Assembly (NCBI GenBank): GCA_944391475.1
Contig: CALXTR010000006.1
Span: 6,127 to 70,126 of the forward strand
Source: an uncultured Alphaproteobacteria bacterium
GTDB taxonomy: Bacteria; Pseudomonadota; Alphaproteobacteria; RF32; CAG-239
Direction of reading: 5' to 3'
Length of the DNA stretch: 64,000 nucleotides
A model generated the notes under the pieces. That model was given only the letters and a program-made list of their open reading frames with translations, searched no databases and had not been told where the DNA came from. The first letter of the stretch is position 1, and each line of letters opens with the position of its first letter. Positions 1 to 9,785 of the stretch are shown here, one piece after another. A program made the position numbers and the translations under genes.

Positions 1-1
1 C

Positions 2-70
2 GATGCCAAGAAAGCTTTGGCGCAAATAGAAAACTTCGGCGTTGCCGGAGCCGCCGTAATCAAGGACTAA
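2..70 (+). CDS. 3' end of an upstream gene, probably a SPOR-domain protein (RlpA-like); partial
   Basis: Open frame DAKKALAQIENFGVAGAAVIKD* ending TAA at 68-70; rlpA usually precedes dacA in alphaproteobacteria. Confidence 0.5.
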   Translation, partial: DAKKALAQIENFGVAGAAVIKD

Positions 71-88
71 AAGATTAAAGAGGTAAAA

Positions 89-1246
89 ATGTTACTAAGC
101 AAAAAATTATATTTAAGCACATTGTTAGTTTCAGGAGTTTTGTTTGCAGGAATCCGCTCTGCCAATGCTATTGAAACCACAGCTAAAAATGTTTTGGTTA
201 TGGATTATGAAACCGGACAATACCTCTATGCTAAAGATCACCAAAAAATGATTCCGCCGGCTTCCATGAGTAAGCTGATGACAATTTACATGATTTTTGA
301 AAAACTAAAAGATGGATCATTGTCGCTTGATGATACTTTTACAGTTAGCGAAAATGCCTGGAGAAAAGGCGGAGCAGCGAGCGGAAGTTCGACCATGTTC
401 TTAAAAATTGGCGAAAAAGTTCCGGTTCGCGATTTAATCCAAGGCATCATTGTCCAATCAGGTAACGATGCCTGCATTGTTGCAGCCGAAAATCTATCCG
501 GCAGCGAAGAAGATTTTGCCTCTGATATGCAAAAGAAAGCACGCCAAATCGGCTTAACACACAGTTCCTTTGCAAATTCTACCGGTTGGCCACACCCCGA
601 CCACCTCATGTCGGTAGAAGATTTAGCCAAACTGGCCCGACTGATTATTTCTCAGTTTCCGGAGTTTTATCACATTTTCTCAGAACAAAACTTCACCCAC
701 AACAACATCAAGCAAGGTAATCGCAATCCGCTTTTGTATAGTATGCCAAATGCTGATGGTCTGAAAACTGGTCATACCGAAGAAGCCGGTTTTTGCCTTG
801 TTGCATCTGCCAAAAAAGATAATCGCCGATTGATAAGCGTCATGGCCGGTCTAAAAAGCAACAAAGAACGCTCCGAAGAGGCAGAGAAACTAATGAGCTG
901 GGGCTTTAGAGAATTTTCAAACTACACCATGTTCAAAAAAGATCAAGTCATTGCCGAAATTCCGGTATGGCAAGGCGATGAAAACTCGGTAAAATTGATT
1001 GTTGATCATGATATTCGCCGTACCTTAAAGAAAAGTAGCGTTAACAAAATCAAGATGACCGCAGTTTATGATAAACCTCTGACCGCTCCAATTAAAAAAG
1101 GAGACAAACTCGGTGTAATTAAGGTTGATATTCCAGGACAAGGCAACTTTGAAATTCCGCTGACTTCAGACCGCGATGTCAACAAACTCGGTTTCTTTGG
1201 TCGGATAATGTCAAACTTGCGTTATCTATTGTTTGGAGAAATCTAA
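89..1246 (+). CDS. dacA: D-alanyl-D-alanine carboxypeptidase (PBP5/6, peptidase S11)
   Basis: Signal peptide; SxxK (ASMSK), SGN and KTG motifs; PBP5 C-terminal domain; GAGG RBS. Confidence 0.95.
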   Translation: MLLSKKLYLSTLLVSGVLFAGIRSANAIETTAKNVLVMDYETGQYLYAKDHQKMIPPASMSKLMTIYMIFEKLKDGSLSLDDTFTVSENAWRKGGAASGSSTMFLKIGEKVPVRDLIQGIIVQSGNDACIVAAENLSGSEEDFASDMQKKARQIGLTHSSFANSTGWPHPDHLMSVEDLAKLARLIISQFPEFYHIFSEQNFTHNNIKQGNRNPLLYSMPNADGLKTGHTEEAGFCLVASAKKDNRRLISVMAGLKSNKERSEEAEKLMSWGFREFSNYTMFKKDQVIAEIPVWQGDENSVKLIVDHDIRRTLKKSSVNKIKMTAVYDKPLTAPIKKGDKLGVIKVDIPGQGNFEIPLTSDRDVNKLGFFGRIMSNLRYLLFGEI

Positions 1247-1247
1247 G

Positions 1248-1904
1248 ATGAGTGGACAACGCGGCTATTTTATCACCTTTGAAGGCGGAGAGGGCACAGG
1301 CAAATCCACTCAGCTGAAATTATTGGCCGATTATCTTAGTTCCAAACACATTCGTAACATTCAAACTAAAGAACCCGGAGGAACTCAGGTTGGGTTGGAG
1401 TTGCGTAAACTGTTGGTATGCGGAGACAAAAACAAATTTGACCCCATCGCCGAGGCTTTATTATACTATGCCGACCGTCGAGTCCACTTAGTAAACAAAA
1501 TTTGGCCGGCATTAGAAAATGGCGAGTGGGTGCTAAGTGATCGCTTTGCCGATTCTACTATGGCATATCAGTACTATGGCTATGAGAAAAGAGTAGCAAA
1601 AAGCGTTTTGGAACAATTATATAATTTGACTGTCGGCAATTTTAAGCCCGATTTAACCATTTTGCTGGATATTGACCCCAAAATCGGTTTACAACGCTCT
1701 CTGCAAAAAGCAGCTGGCATGACCGTAAAAGAAACCCGTTTTGAAAGCCGTGAACTAGACTTTCATCATCACATGAGAGAGGGCTATCTTGAAATGGCCT
1801 CAGCAGAGCCGAAGCGTTTCGTAGTTTTAGACGCCGACAAAAGCATTGAGGCTCTGCACCAAGACGTGGTAAAAGCAATCAATGAAAGGTTTAAGATAAG
1901 CTAA
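1248..1904 (+). CDS. tmk: thymidylate kinase
   Basis: FITFEGGEGTGKST P-loop, EPGG, DRF..ST.AYQ; ATG 1248 follows GGAG. Confidence 0.97.
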   Translation: MSGQRGYFITFEGGEGTGKSTQLKLLADYLSSKHIRNIQTKEPGGTQVGLELRKLLVCGDKNKFDPIAEALLYYADRRVHLVNKIWPALENGEWVLSDRFADSTMAYQYYGYEKRVAKSVLEQLYNLTVGNFKPDLTILLDIDPKIGLQRSLQKAAGMTVKETRFESRELDFHHHMREGYLEMASAEPKRFVVLDADKSIEALHQDVVKAINERFKIS

Positions 1905-2971
1905 TGCCCGAAGGCGCAGTTAACATATCTCCGCGTGATAACGACTATCTTTTAGGACATGAAGAAGCCGAGCAGTTTTTGTTAGAAGCCTGGAAAAACA
2001 ATTCCTTACACAACTCTTGGCTTTTTTCTGGTATTGAGGGCATCGGCAAAGCCACTTTAGCCTACCGCTTTGCACGCTTTTTACTTTCTGCCGATACCAA
2101 TAAAGCCCAAGAATATACTAGTTTAAGCATCGGCAAAGATAATCAAATTTTTAAGCTGGTTTCACAAAACTCACATCCAGACTTAAAAATCATTGAAAGA
2201 GATTATACCGATACCGACCGCCGCAAAATTTTGAAAGCCATTAAAGACGGGGAGGCGCTTTCACAAGAAGAGCGGCAAAACCTGAAACGATCTGCCTTCA
2301 TAAGGGTAGACGATGTCAGAACCATAAACGAGTTTTTATCCAAACGCTCCTCACAAGACGGCTGGCGTGTAGTGATAGTTGATAGTATTGATGACATGAA
2401 TACAGCCAGCGCCAATGCCATCTTAAAGATTTTGGAAGAACCGCCCTATAAAACCGTGATGATACTAATCTCTCACAATCCCAACCGCCTTCTTCCGACC
2501 ATCAAGTCGCGTTGCGCCAAATTACTCCTAAAACCCTTAACTGAGACCAATTTAGGAAGTTTATTGCGCCGTTATCGCCCCGAACTATCTGAGCCGGCAA
2601 TTAAAAGTCTGGTAGGCATTAGCTCTGGCAGCATCGGGCAAGCTATTAACTATGCAGACAACAATGCCATTGAGCAATATGAAAAGCTCAAAAACCTAGT
2701 TACCTCCGGCAGCAATATCAAACTCAGCGAACTTTTGAGTTTTTGTGACACTGCCGCTCAAGATGAGGATACCTATTATCTGGTCGAAAGCCTAATTTTG
2801 AAACTCTACCGACAATTGATGCACGAGGTCAACAATGTTGAATCACTTGCTCAAAGCTGGGAAGAAAGTATCAAAATTTTTAGCGAAACCGATAGCCTCA
2901 ACTTAGATAAAAAACAAGCTTTACTAAGCATCATCACCAATTTGAATAAAAGGATAAATAATGTTAATTGA
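1904..2971 (+). CDS. holB: DNA polymerase III subunit delta'
   Basis: GIEGIGKAT, HPD, ANAILKILEEPP, LLPTIKSRC; follows tmk. Confidence 0.93.
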   Translation: MPEGAVNISPRDNDYLLGHEEAEQFLLEAWKNNSLHNSWLFSGIEGIGKATLAYRFARFLLSADTNKAQEYTSLSIGKDNQIFKLVSQNSHPDLKIIERDYTDTDRRKILKAIKDGEALSQEERQNLKRSAFIRVDDVRTINEFLSKRSSQDGWRVVIVDSIDDMNTASANAILKILEEPPYKTVMILISHNPNRLLPTIKSRCAKLLLKPLTETNLGSLLRRYRPELSEPAIKSLVGISSGSIGQAINYADNNAIEQYEKLKNLVTSGSNIKLSELLSFCDTAAQDEDTYYLVESLILKLYRQLMHEVNNVESLAQSWEESIKIFSETDSLNLDKKQALLSIITNLNKRINNVN

Positions 2972-3758
2972 CAGCCATTGTCACTTGGACTTCAACGACT
3001 TTGAGGAAGATTTTGAAGATATCATCGCCCGTGCTCAAGAAGCCGGTGTAACTGCCATGCTCAATGCCGGCAATAACATCAATGAGTTAGACCGGCAGTT
3101 AGAATTGTCAGAAAGCTACCCGTTCATATACACAGCCGTTGGCGTCCACCCTCATAATGCCGCCGAATATCCCGAGATTAAAGCTCAAGATTTCATTGAA
3201 AAATCGAGCCACAAAAAGGTAGTCGGGATAGGTGAGTGCGGACTTGACTACTACTATGATTATTCCCCCAAAGATGTGCAACAACGAGTTTTTGTTGAAC
3301 AAATCATTGCCGCACAAGAAACCGGATTACCGCTGATTATCCATACCCGTGATGCCGACGATGATACAATTGCCATTCTAAAAGAGCACTATAGTCAAAA
3401 ACCTTTTACCGGTGAAATACATTGCTTTTCTACCTCACGCAAATTAGCTGAGTTTGCCTTATCAATAGGTTTTTATATCTCTGCATCTGGTATCATTACC
3501 TTTAATAAATCCGGCGAGCTAAGAGACATATTTAAGGATATTCCGCTAGATAGACTGTTAGTTGAAACAGATTCTCCGTTTTTAGCTCCAATTCCGATGC
3601 GCGGACGCCGCAATGAACCATCTTATGTGCGCTACACAGCAGAAAGATTAGCTCAACTAAAAGAAATTCCTTTTGAGAAGCTAGCGCAGATTACATCTGA
3701 CAATTTCCACAATCTGTTCCGCAAGGCTAGCGATAAGGGGAGGTATGATTATCAATGA
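2961..3758 (+). CDS. tatD: TatD family hydrolase/DNase
   Basis: DSHCHL, GVHPH, IGECGLDY, IHTRDA, HCF, LVETDSPFLAP. Confidence 0.95.
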   Translation: MLIDSHCHLDFNDFEEDFEDIIARAQEAGVTAMLNAGNNINELDRQLELSESYPFIYTAVGVHPHNAAEYPEIKAQDFIEKSSHKKVVGIGECGLDYYYDYSPKDVQQRVFVEQIIAAQETGLPLIIHTRDADDDTIAILKEHYSQKPFTGEIHCFSTSRKLAEFALSIGFYISASGIITFNKSGELRDIFKDIPLDRLLVETDSPFLAPIPMRGRRNEPSYVRYTAERLAQLKEIPFEKLAQITSDNFHNLFRKASDKGRYDYQ

Positions 3759-4540
3759 ACAGACTAATAATCTTGGGATGCGGAGCAGCCATGGGCGTTC
3801 CGTCTTTAGGACGCGGCTGGGGAGAATGCAATCCTGAAAACTTAAAAAATAATCGCTTAAGAACTACTACTTATTTGGAATATAATGGGGTTAAACTCTT
3901 AATTGACACCAGTCCGGATTTGCGTACTCAGTTGATTAATCAAAACATTCGCAACATTGATGGTGTTCTATACACTCACTCACACGCCGACCACTTACAT
4001 GGAATTGATGACTTGCGAGAGATTAACCGCATCAGCAGACAAAGCCTGAATTTTTATGCTGGTAGATTAACCTACAAGGCCATCAAAAGAAGGTTTGAGT
4101 ATCTGATAGCCTCCGTTAAAAAGACCAACAATGTTATGCAGCGTCCAAGTTTGGTGCCAAATGTCATCAAACCCAATCATCCATTTTATATCAAAGGGGT
4201 TAAGATTACACCAATAAAGCTCAAGAACCATTGTCCCGAGTGCCTAGGCTATGTTTTTGATGATGGAGAATATGTCCATATAGCCGATTTTAAGTCTTTA
4301 GCCAGCAGCGCCTACAAGATGATAAGCAAGCAACCAAAGCTCATGACCATTCCTCTCACTACCATCAAAGGTGAGGTTCAGCATGCAAGTTTGGAAGAGA
4401 TAATGGCCGTAATCAAACAAATTAATCCGCAAAAAGTATTGATTAACCACATGACAAATGAATGTGACTATGATAACATCAATCAACTCACACCGGATTT
4501 TGTCCGTCCAGCTTATGATAATTTGATAGTAGAGTTTTAG
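3755..4540 (+). CDS. metallo-beta-lactamase fold hydrolase (PhnP-like)
   Basis: THSHADHLHG (HxHxDH); LIDTSPDLR; usual position after tatD. Confidence 0.9.
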   Translation: MNRLIILGCGAAMGVPSLGRGWGECNPENLKNNRLRTTTYLEYNGVKLLIDTSPDLRTQLINQNIRNIDGVLYTHSHADHLHGIDDLREINRISRQSLNFYAGRLTYKAIKRRFEYLIASVKKTNNVMQRPSLVPNVIKPNHPFYIKGVKITPIKLKNHCPECLGYVFDDGEYVHIADFKSLASSAYKMISKQPKLMTIPLTTIKGEVQHASLEEIMAVIKQINPQKVLINHMTNECDYDNINQLTPDFVRPAYDNLIVEF

Positions 4541-4561
4541 AAAGTAAGGAGAAGAAAATAA

Positions 4562-5449
4562 ATGTTATGTATCTACCACATTGCCGACCATGATGGCAAA
4601 GGTTCCGCAGCAATCGTAAAAAGCATTTACCCCGAAATTGAGTGCTTTGGCCTAAACCATGATATGGAACTTCCCCTAGAAGAAATTCAAAAACACGATA
4701 AAATTATCGTTTGCGACATTGCTCTTCCGGTCAAAATGATGTTTGAATTAAGTGAAACCAAAGACTTTACATGGATTGACCACCACATTTCCGTCATTAA
4801 GGAATATGATGAATATATGGCAACCGGAAAATACAAGCCCATCAAGGGATTAAGACGTTCCGGCACTGCTGCTATTATGCTGACCTGGGAATATTTCCAC
4901 CCAGAGAAAGAAGCCCCGCTAGGCGTTCAACTTTTGGGCTTAAACGATTTATTTGACCTTCGCGACGAACGAGTTAGACCCTTTGAATATGCCTTTCAGT
5001 CATTAGGCGTTAACCGCCCCCAAGACGACACCTGGAAGCAACTGCTCAACAACGAAATTGACATTCCGGCCATGGTAGAGAAGGGGAAAGCCATTTTATC
5101 TTGGATAAAGATTCGCAACTACCGGTTAGTCCGCTCAATGGCCTTTGAGAGCGAAATTTGCGGCTATAAGTGTGTTTGCTCCAATATGCCGCAAGGATAT
5201 TCAGAATTTTTCGATTCGCTTGAAAATTTATCTGATTACCAAGTTTTGGTCAATTTCTACAAAAACCGCAAAGGTGGCTGGAATTTAACCTTTTATTCCA
5301 ACCATCCCGATGCAGATGTATCCAAAATAGCCGCAACATTTGGAGGAGGAGGCCATAAAGCCGCTGCCGGAGCATCTAACTTGAAAAACTTACCCGAATT
5401 TTTACAAAACGGACAACCTCGTCCGTTCTATCCTAACAAACAGCCTTAA
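4562..5449 (+). CDS. DHH/DHHA1 family phosphoesterase (nanoRNase-like)
   Basis: YH..DHDG, WIDHH, C-terminal GGGGHKAAAG. Confidence 0.85.
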   Translation: MLCIYHIADHDGKGSAAIVKSIYPEIECFGLNHDMELPLEEIQKHDKIIVCDIALPVKMMFELSETKDFTWIDHHISVIKEYDEYMATGKYKPIKGLRRSGTAAIMLTWEYFHPEKEAPLGVQLLGLNDLFDLRDERVRPFEYAFQSLGVNRPQDDTWKQLLNNEIDIPAMVEKGKAILSWIKIRNYRLVRSMAFESEICGYKCVCSNMPQGYSEFFDSLENLSDYQVLVNFYKNRKGGWNLTFYSNHPDADVSKIAATFGGGGHKAAAGASNLKNLPEFLQNGQPRPFYPNKQP

Positions 5450-5467
5450 AACTGTTTAAAATAAGGC

Positions 5468-5498
5468 AAAAGCCGGGGTTTCCCAACTCCGGCTTTTT
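5468..5498. terminator. intrinsic terminator, possibly bidirectional
   Basis: aaaagccggggtt-tccc-aactccggcttttt hairpin with A and T tracts. Confidence 0.8.
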
Positions 5499-5810
5499 AA
5501 ATTAAACTTACAAAATTATGATCACATGAATCACAGTATTGGTCACAAGGATTAGTGTAACCAAAAATGGCAAAAGAAAATTACTATATCCTCGAGTGAA
5601 ACTAAAAAAACATGCCTCAGCACATAATTTAGTTCCCACATCATAATTTCAATAATTGTAAAAAAGATAACATTTTGTTAACACTGATTTGCCATAATGT
5701 CAACAAAAATTTGCCAAAAAAAATTTCGCTTGAGAAATTTCATAAATAGCAATAGAATTTTTTAAGGTTAAATAATATCTCAAATACATCAAAAAATACG
5801 GAAGATATCA

Positions 5811-6704
5811 ATGAGAAAACAAAACAAACCCCGTTATAATCAAGATGAAATCACCCCAAGCAAAGGCCTACTTGGCTTCATCCACAAAATGGTTATGGTG
5901 TTGCTATGGCCGCTGCGCAAGCCCTATATTGCCATTCCGCTCTTTATTTTGATGTATCTAATTCCCACGTTCATCGGAGCTCGTCCAAACGAAGTACATA
6001 TTTGGTATTACAACAAAATTAAAGGATTTTTCACTCCGGTTAGCAAACAAATTGTTAACAAAAGCAAAGAATTGGCTCAAAACGCTCCTTTTGAAATTCC
6101 AAGCTTATCTGAACTCAAAGATAAAGTTATGCCCAAATCAGCTTCAGATACTTCTCAAACCAATCCGAAATTAGAGGAATATAACAAAGAGCAAGAAATC
6201 CGCCGTAAAACGTTTGACAAAGCCAAACAAGCACAATCTCCGTATAGCATAGATATCATGTCTCAGCCAGATCAGCCTAATGCCCCTAAATTTGAAACCA
6301 AACCCAAAGCAACTGAGGCAACAACCCCCACCGATGTAGAACAATCTCCCAGCCAATCTGAGCCGGCAGATACATCAATAGCCAAAGCCAAACAACGCAA
6401 ATTAGATTTAATATATCTAGAAACTCCTCAAGAAATTATCGGTGAAGCCCATGTCGTAAGCGCCAATGAAATCATTATTAACGGAAACGATATTTTCTTG
6501 TTTGGCATATATGTTGATCCCAATAGTCGTAACGGAAACATTGGTAAAGATTTCCTGAAAGATTTCATCGGAGAAGATCCCGTAAAATGCATTATTGAAG
6601 CCTACACCAAACAAGGCATTGCCACCGGTATGTGCTATGTCCGCCAAATCAGCATTAATCACACCATGGTCAATAACGGCATCTCTCAAGATGTTGCGCT
6701 CTAG
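5811..6704 (+). CDS. membrane-anchored protein with a low-complexity linker and a C-terminal SNase/thermonuclease-like OB domain
   Basis: N-terminal TM segment, P/Q/S/T-rich linker, C-terminus resembling thermonuclease (IFLFGI...VKC...C...INHTMVNNG) without clear catalytic residues. Confidence 0.55.
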   Translation: MRKQNKPRYNQDEITPSKGLLGFIHKMVMVLLWPLRKPYIAIPLFILMYLIPTFIGARPNEVHIWYYNKIKGFFTPVSKQIVNKSKELAQNAPFEIPSLSELKDKVMPKSASDTSQTNPKLEEYNKEQEIRRKTFDKAKQAQSPYSIDIMSQPDQPNAPKFETKPKATEATTPTDVEQSPSQSEPADTSIAKAKQRKLDLIYLETPQEIIGEAHVVSANEIIINGNDIFLFGIYVDPNSRNGNIGKDFLKDFIGEDPVKCIIEAYTKQGIATGMCYVRQISINHTMVNNGISQDVAL

Positions 6705-6732
6705 TAACCAAATTTAGAATAAGGAAAACAAG

Positions 6733-8175
6733 ATGTGGCAACCGGTATTAATGATAAGTGGATATTTCATCAGTGTCCTCGGACTGGCAATGCTATTTCC
6801 GGCAGCATTAGATATATATGACCACCACACATCATGGTCGCCATTTTTATCTTCCTCAATCATCGCCTTGTTTTTTGGTATGTCCATGTTTTTGGCAAAC
6901 AAAACCCGCATCGATAGGGTCAGCCTGCAACAAGGTTATCTCTTAACCGTAGTAAGTTGGTTTTCAGTCACCATTGTTGCCGCAATTCCTTTCTTGATGT
7001 ATGGAACGGTAGATAATTGGGCAGATGCAATTTTTGAAGCATCATCAGGTATCAGTACGACCGGTGCTACAATCATCACCAATCTCGATGAAACCCCACG
7101 AGCCATTTTGCTTTGGCGTGCCATCTTAAATGGGTTAGGGGGTATTGGTATTGTTATTTTTGCCATTGCGATGCTTCCGTTTTTAGGCATTGGCGGCATG
7201 CAGATTTTCCAACACGAGAACTCCGATTTTAGCGATAAACTAATGCCTAAAATCAGCTACATAGCAAAAAGAATAATCTTTATTTATGTTCTATTAAATA
7301 CCTCCTGCTTACTATGTCTATACTTTGCCGGCATGGGTTGGTTTGATGCCCTTTGCCATGCTTTAGCCACCATTTCGACCGGAGGCATGTCAACTAAAGA
7401 TGCATCTGTAGGCTACTTTAATAGTGCTGCCATTGACTATGTTATAACCATCTTCATGATTTTAGGCGCTATTCCGCTAACCCTTTATCATAGTATCTTA
7501 ATCAATAAAAGTACTAACTCACTTCGTGTAGAGCAAGTACGCTTTTTCCTAAAATTGCTCGTAATGTATATTGGTCTCACAGCCTTATGGCTGGTTTATA
7601 CCGGCAAATATGATTTTGTTGAAGCTCTCCGCTATGCTTCGTTCAACGTGGTGTCTATCACAACATCTACCGGCTTTGTTACTACCGACTATCTAGAGTG
7701 GGGAGCCTTTGCATCTACCATATTCATTATATTTGCACTAACCGGAGGCTGCACCGGTTCAACTTCAGGCTCAGTTAAGATTTTTCGCTGGCAGGTTGTA
7801 ATTGCCTTTTTGAAAAAATCCCTCATCACCGCCATTGAACCCAATCGAGTTGTTCCTTTTAAGATTGGTCGTTTATCAAGTGATAATGCTCTTATAAACT
7901 CTGTGTTTGTATTTCTTTCAGCCTACATCTTCAGCTTATTAATCCTAAGTACCCTAATTGCAGTCACCGGACTTGACTTCACAACTGCAGTCGGTTCAGT
8001 TATTGCGTGTATTACCAATTCCGGTCCTTCCATCAGCCCCATCACCGGACCAGACGGCAACTACTTTGGCTTAAGCGGATATTGTAAATATATTCTCTCT
8101 TTTGCCATGCTACTGGGGCGTCTGGATGTATTAACCGTAATTGTTATTTTCTCTCGTAGTTTTTGGAGAAAATAA
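6733..8175 (+). CDS. trkH: Trk potassium uptake membrane protein
   Basis: Pore-loop motifs STTGAT, STGG, TSTGF, TNSGP; GG.TGST.G.VK; MLLGRL. Confidence 0.95.
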   Translation: MWQPVLMISGYFISVLGLAMLFPAALDIYDHHTSWSPFLSSSIIALFFGMSMFLANKTRIDRVSLQQGYLLTVVSWFSVTIVAAIPFLMYGTVDNWADAIFEASSGISTTGATIITNLDETPRAILLWRAILNGLGGIGIVIFAIAMLPFLGIGGMQIFQHENSDFSDKLMPKISYIAKRIIFIYVLLNTSCLLCLYFAGMGWFDALCHALATISTGGMSTKDASVGYFNSAAIDYVITIFMILGAIPLTLYHSILINKSTNSLRVEQVRFFLKLLVMYIGLTALWLVYTGKYDFVEALRYASFNVVSITTSTGFVTTDYLEWGAFASTIFIIFALTGGCTGSTSGSVKIFRWQVVIAFLKKSLITAIEPNRVVPFKIGRLSSDNALINSVFVFLSAYIFSLLILSTLIAVTGLDFTTAVGSVIACITNSGPSISPITGPDGNYFGLSGYCKYILSFAMLLGRLDVLTVIVIFSRSFWRK

Positions 8176-8208
8176 AGCAAATCTCAATACAACCAATATC
8201 AAACTCAC

Positions 8209-8236
8209 AAAAAAAAGCGCAAAATGCGCTTTTTTT
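8209..8236. terminator. bidirectional terminator between convergent genes
   Basis: aaaaaaaagcgc-aaaat-gcgcttttttt. Confidence 0.75.
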
Positions 8237-8258
8237 ATAAATAAATGATAGTTAATAA

Positions 8259-9293
8259 CTATTCGGAAAAATCAATCAATTGGTCATCTAACATACCATT
8301 TTCTTCAAATTCCTCAACCGGCATCATATCATCAGCGGCCTCAACAATATTCGGATTATCAAATTGAGGCTCACTAGCTGGCGGCATATTTTCAGACGCC
8401 TCATGATTATCTGTACTTACCAAAGCAGAAGGCACTTCATCAGTATCCTGTAGATTATTAACTGTTTCTGCCGACATTGATTGTTCTTCACTATGTGGCA
8501 TTGATGGAGGTAAATTTTGAGGTAATTGCTTACTCTCAACCTCATCTGCAGTTTGAGCAGCATCATCAAGAGTATCGGAATTATCATTAGCAATATTAAC
8601 TAAAGACTGAGGCACTCCGTCTCCCTGCACATTTTGTACTTCAGCGCTAATTTCTTCACTATTTTGCGCTGAAACTTCCTTATTTAGCGAAAAATCTTTC
8701 ACTTCAGCAGCGTTTTTATCCAAGACCTCATTTGTTGGCTGAGCTTGTGCTAAATTTGCGTTTTCAGCTCCATCTGTTTTGCCATTTAGCAAATTTTCAG
8801 GAACATTTTCTGCATCAGCAGGCTCGTTTTTATCCAAATTCTTAGCTTGAGGAATTTGCTCACGAACTTTCAGCTCTTCAGCGGTCATAATCTTCAAACG
8901 AGGATCAACTTTGCCATTTTCACAGTTTAACAACCAAATATCATAAATTGGATGTTCCACCGGATTAAGCGACGGAGAAGAAGAAATCATCCAACCCCGA
9001 AAGATATTAACCGGATTTTCGCTCTTATAATTGTCCACCACATCAACAAAAGCAAAATTTTCCGGTGTTTCTTCCGGCGGACGAGTTTTACAAGCCCGCA
9101 CCACAATAGAGAAACTACCATATTTCACTTCGCTGTTGACCGGCACATCAATCACTCGAACCATACCGGTAATCTTGTCCATTGCTTGCATGCGAGCAAT
9201 ATTGGTATCAATCTCACTAGCTTGCGCAGCGGTTGCGTTCAGCGCAAAAGCAACTCCTGAAATTGACAATAAGAGTTTGAGCTTATTTTCCAT
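8259..9293 (-). CDS. DUF2155 domain secreted protein with a long acidic C-terminal tail
   Basis: Signal peptide; MDKITG...C...PPEETPE..AF...IFRGWM.SSSPSLNPVEHPIYDIWLLNC; follows mlaD as in alphaproteobacteria. Confidence 0.85.
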   Translation of the reverse strand: MENKLKLLLSISGVAFALNATAAQASEIDTNIARMQAMDKITGMVRVIDVPVNSEVKYGSFSIVVRACKTRPPEETPENFAFVDVVDNYKSENPVNIFRGWMISSSPSLNPVEHPIYDIWLLNCENGKVDPRLKIMTAEELKVREQIPQAKNLDKNEPADAENVPENLLNGKTDGAENANLAQAQPTNEVLDKNAAEVKDFSLNKEVSAQNSEEISAEVQNVQGDGVPQSLVNIANDNSDTLDDAAQTADEVESKQLPQNLPPSMPHSEEQSMSAETVNNLQDTDEVPSALVSTDNHEASENMPPASEPQFDNPNIVEAADDMMPVEEFEENGMLDDQLIDFSE

Positions 9294-9738
9294 TATCTGT
9301 CACCATGAAAATGATTTCCCCAACCATATCTTCCAAAGTCTTAAAGTCTTTAGTATTGGTTATAACATCACCATCTTGCAAAAATTCGGTTGCTTTTCCT
9401 GGTTCAATTTTGATGAACTTATCACCAACCAAACCAGAACTGGCAATTACTGCTGTGCTGTCTTTTGGCAACTTGATGTTAGATGCCAAACTCATTTTAA
9501 TTTCGGCTTCATAATTGTCCCCATCAAGTTGTTGTCCGACCACGGTACCAACCTTAATACCATTAATTCTGACATCAGATCCAACATTTAAGCCGCCAAC
9601 TTTCAGGAAACGAGCCGTAACATTATAACCTTTCACCACCTGCAAATCAGATACATTATAAGCAAAATAGAGGAAGAAAGCCGCAACAAACACAACGACT
9701 AAACCCATAATTGTTTCTACTGGTCTCTTATTCATCAA
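9283..9738 (-). CDS. mlaD: MlaD/MCE outer-membrane lipid asymmetry protein
   Basis: N-terminal TM; F..VGGL.VGSDVRINGIKVG.V; SSGLVGDKFI.I.PG. Confidence 0.9.
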   Translation of the reverse strand: MMNKRPVETIMGLVVVFVAAFFLYFAYNVSDLQVVKGYNVTARFLKVGGLNVGSDVRINGIKVGTVVGQQLDGDNYEAEIKMSLASNIKLPKDSTAVIASSGLVGDKFIKIEPGKATEFLQDGDVITNTKDFKTLEDMVGEIIFMVTDNGK

Positions 9739-9785
9739 AAAATCTCCTTGCCTGGTATATTATCTTTCTATCATTGACACTTAAA

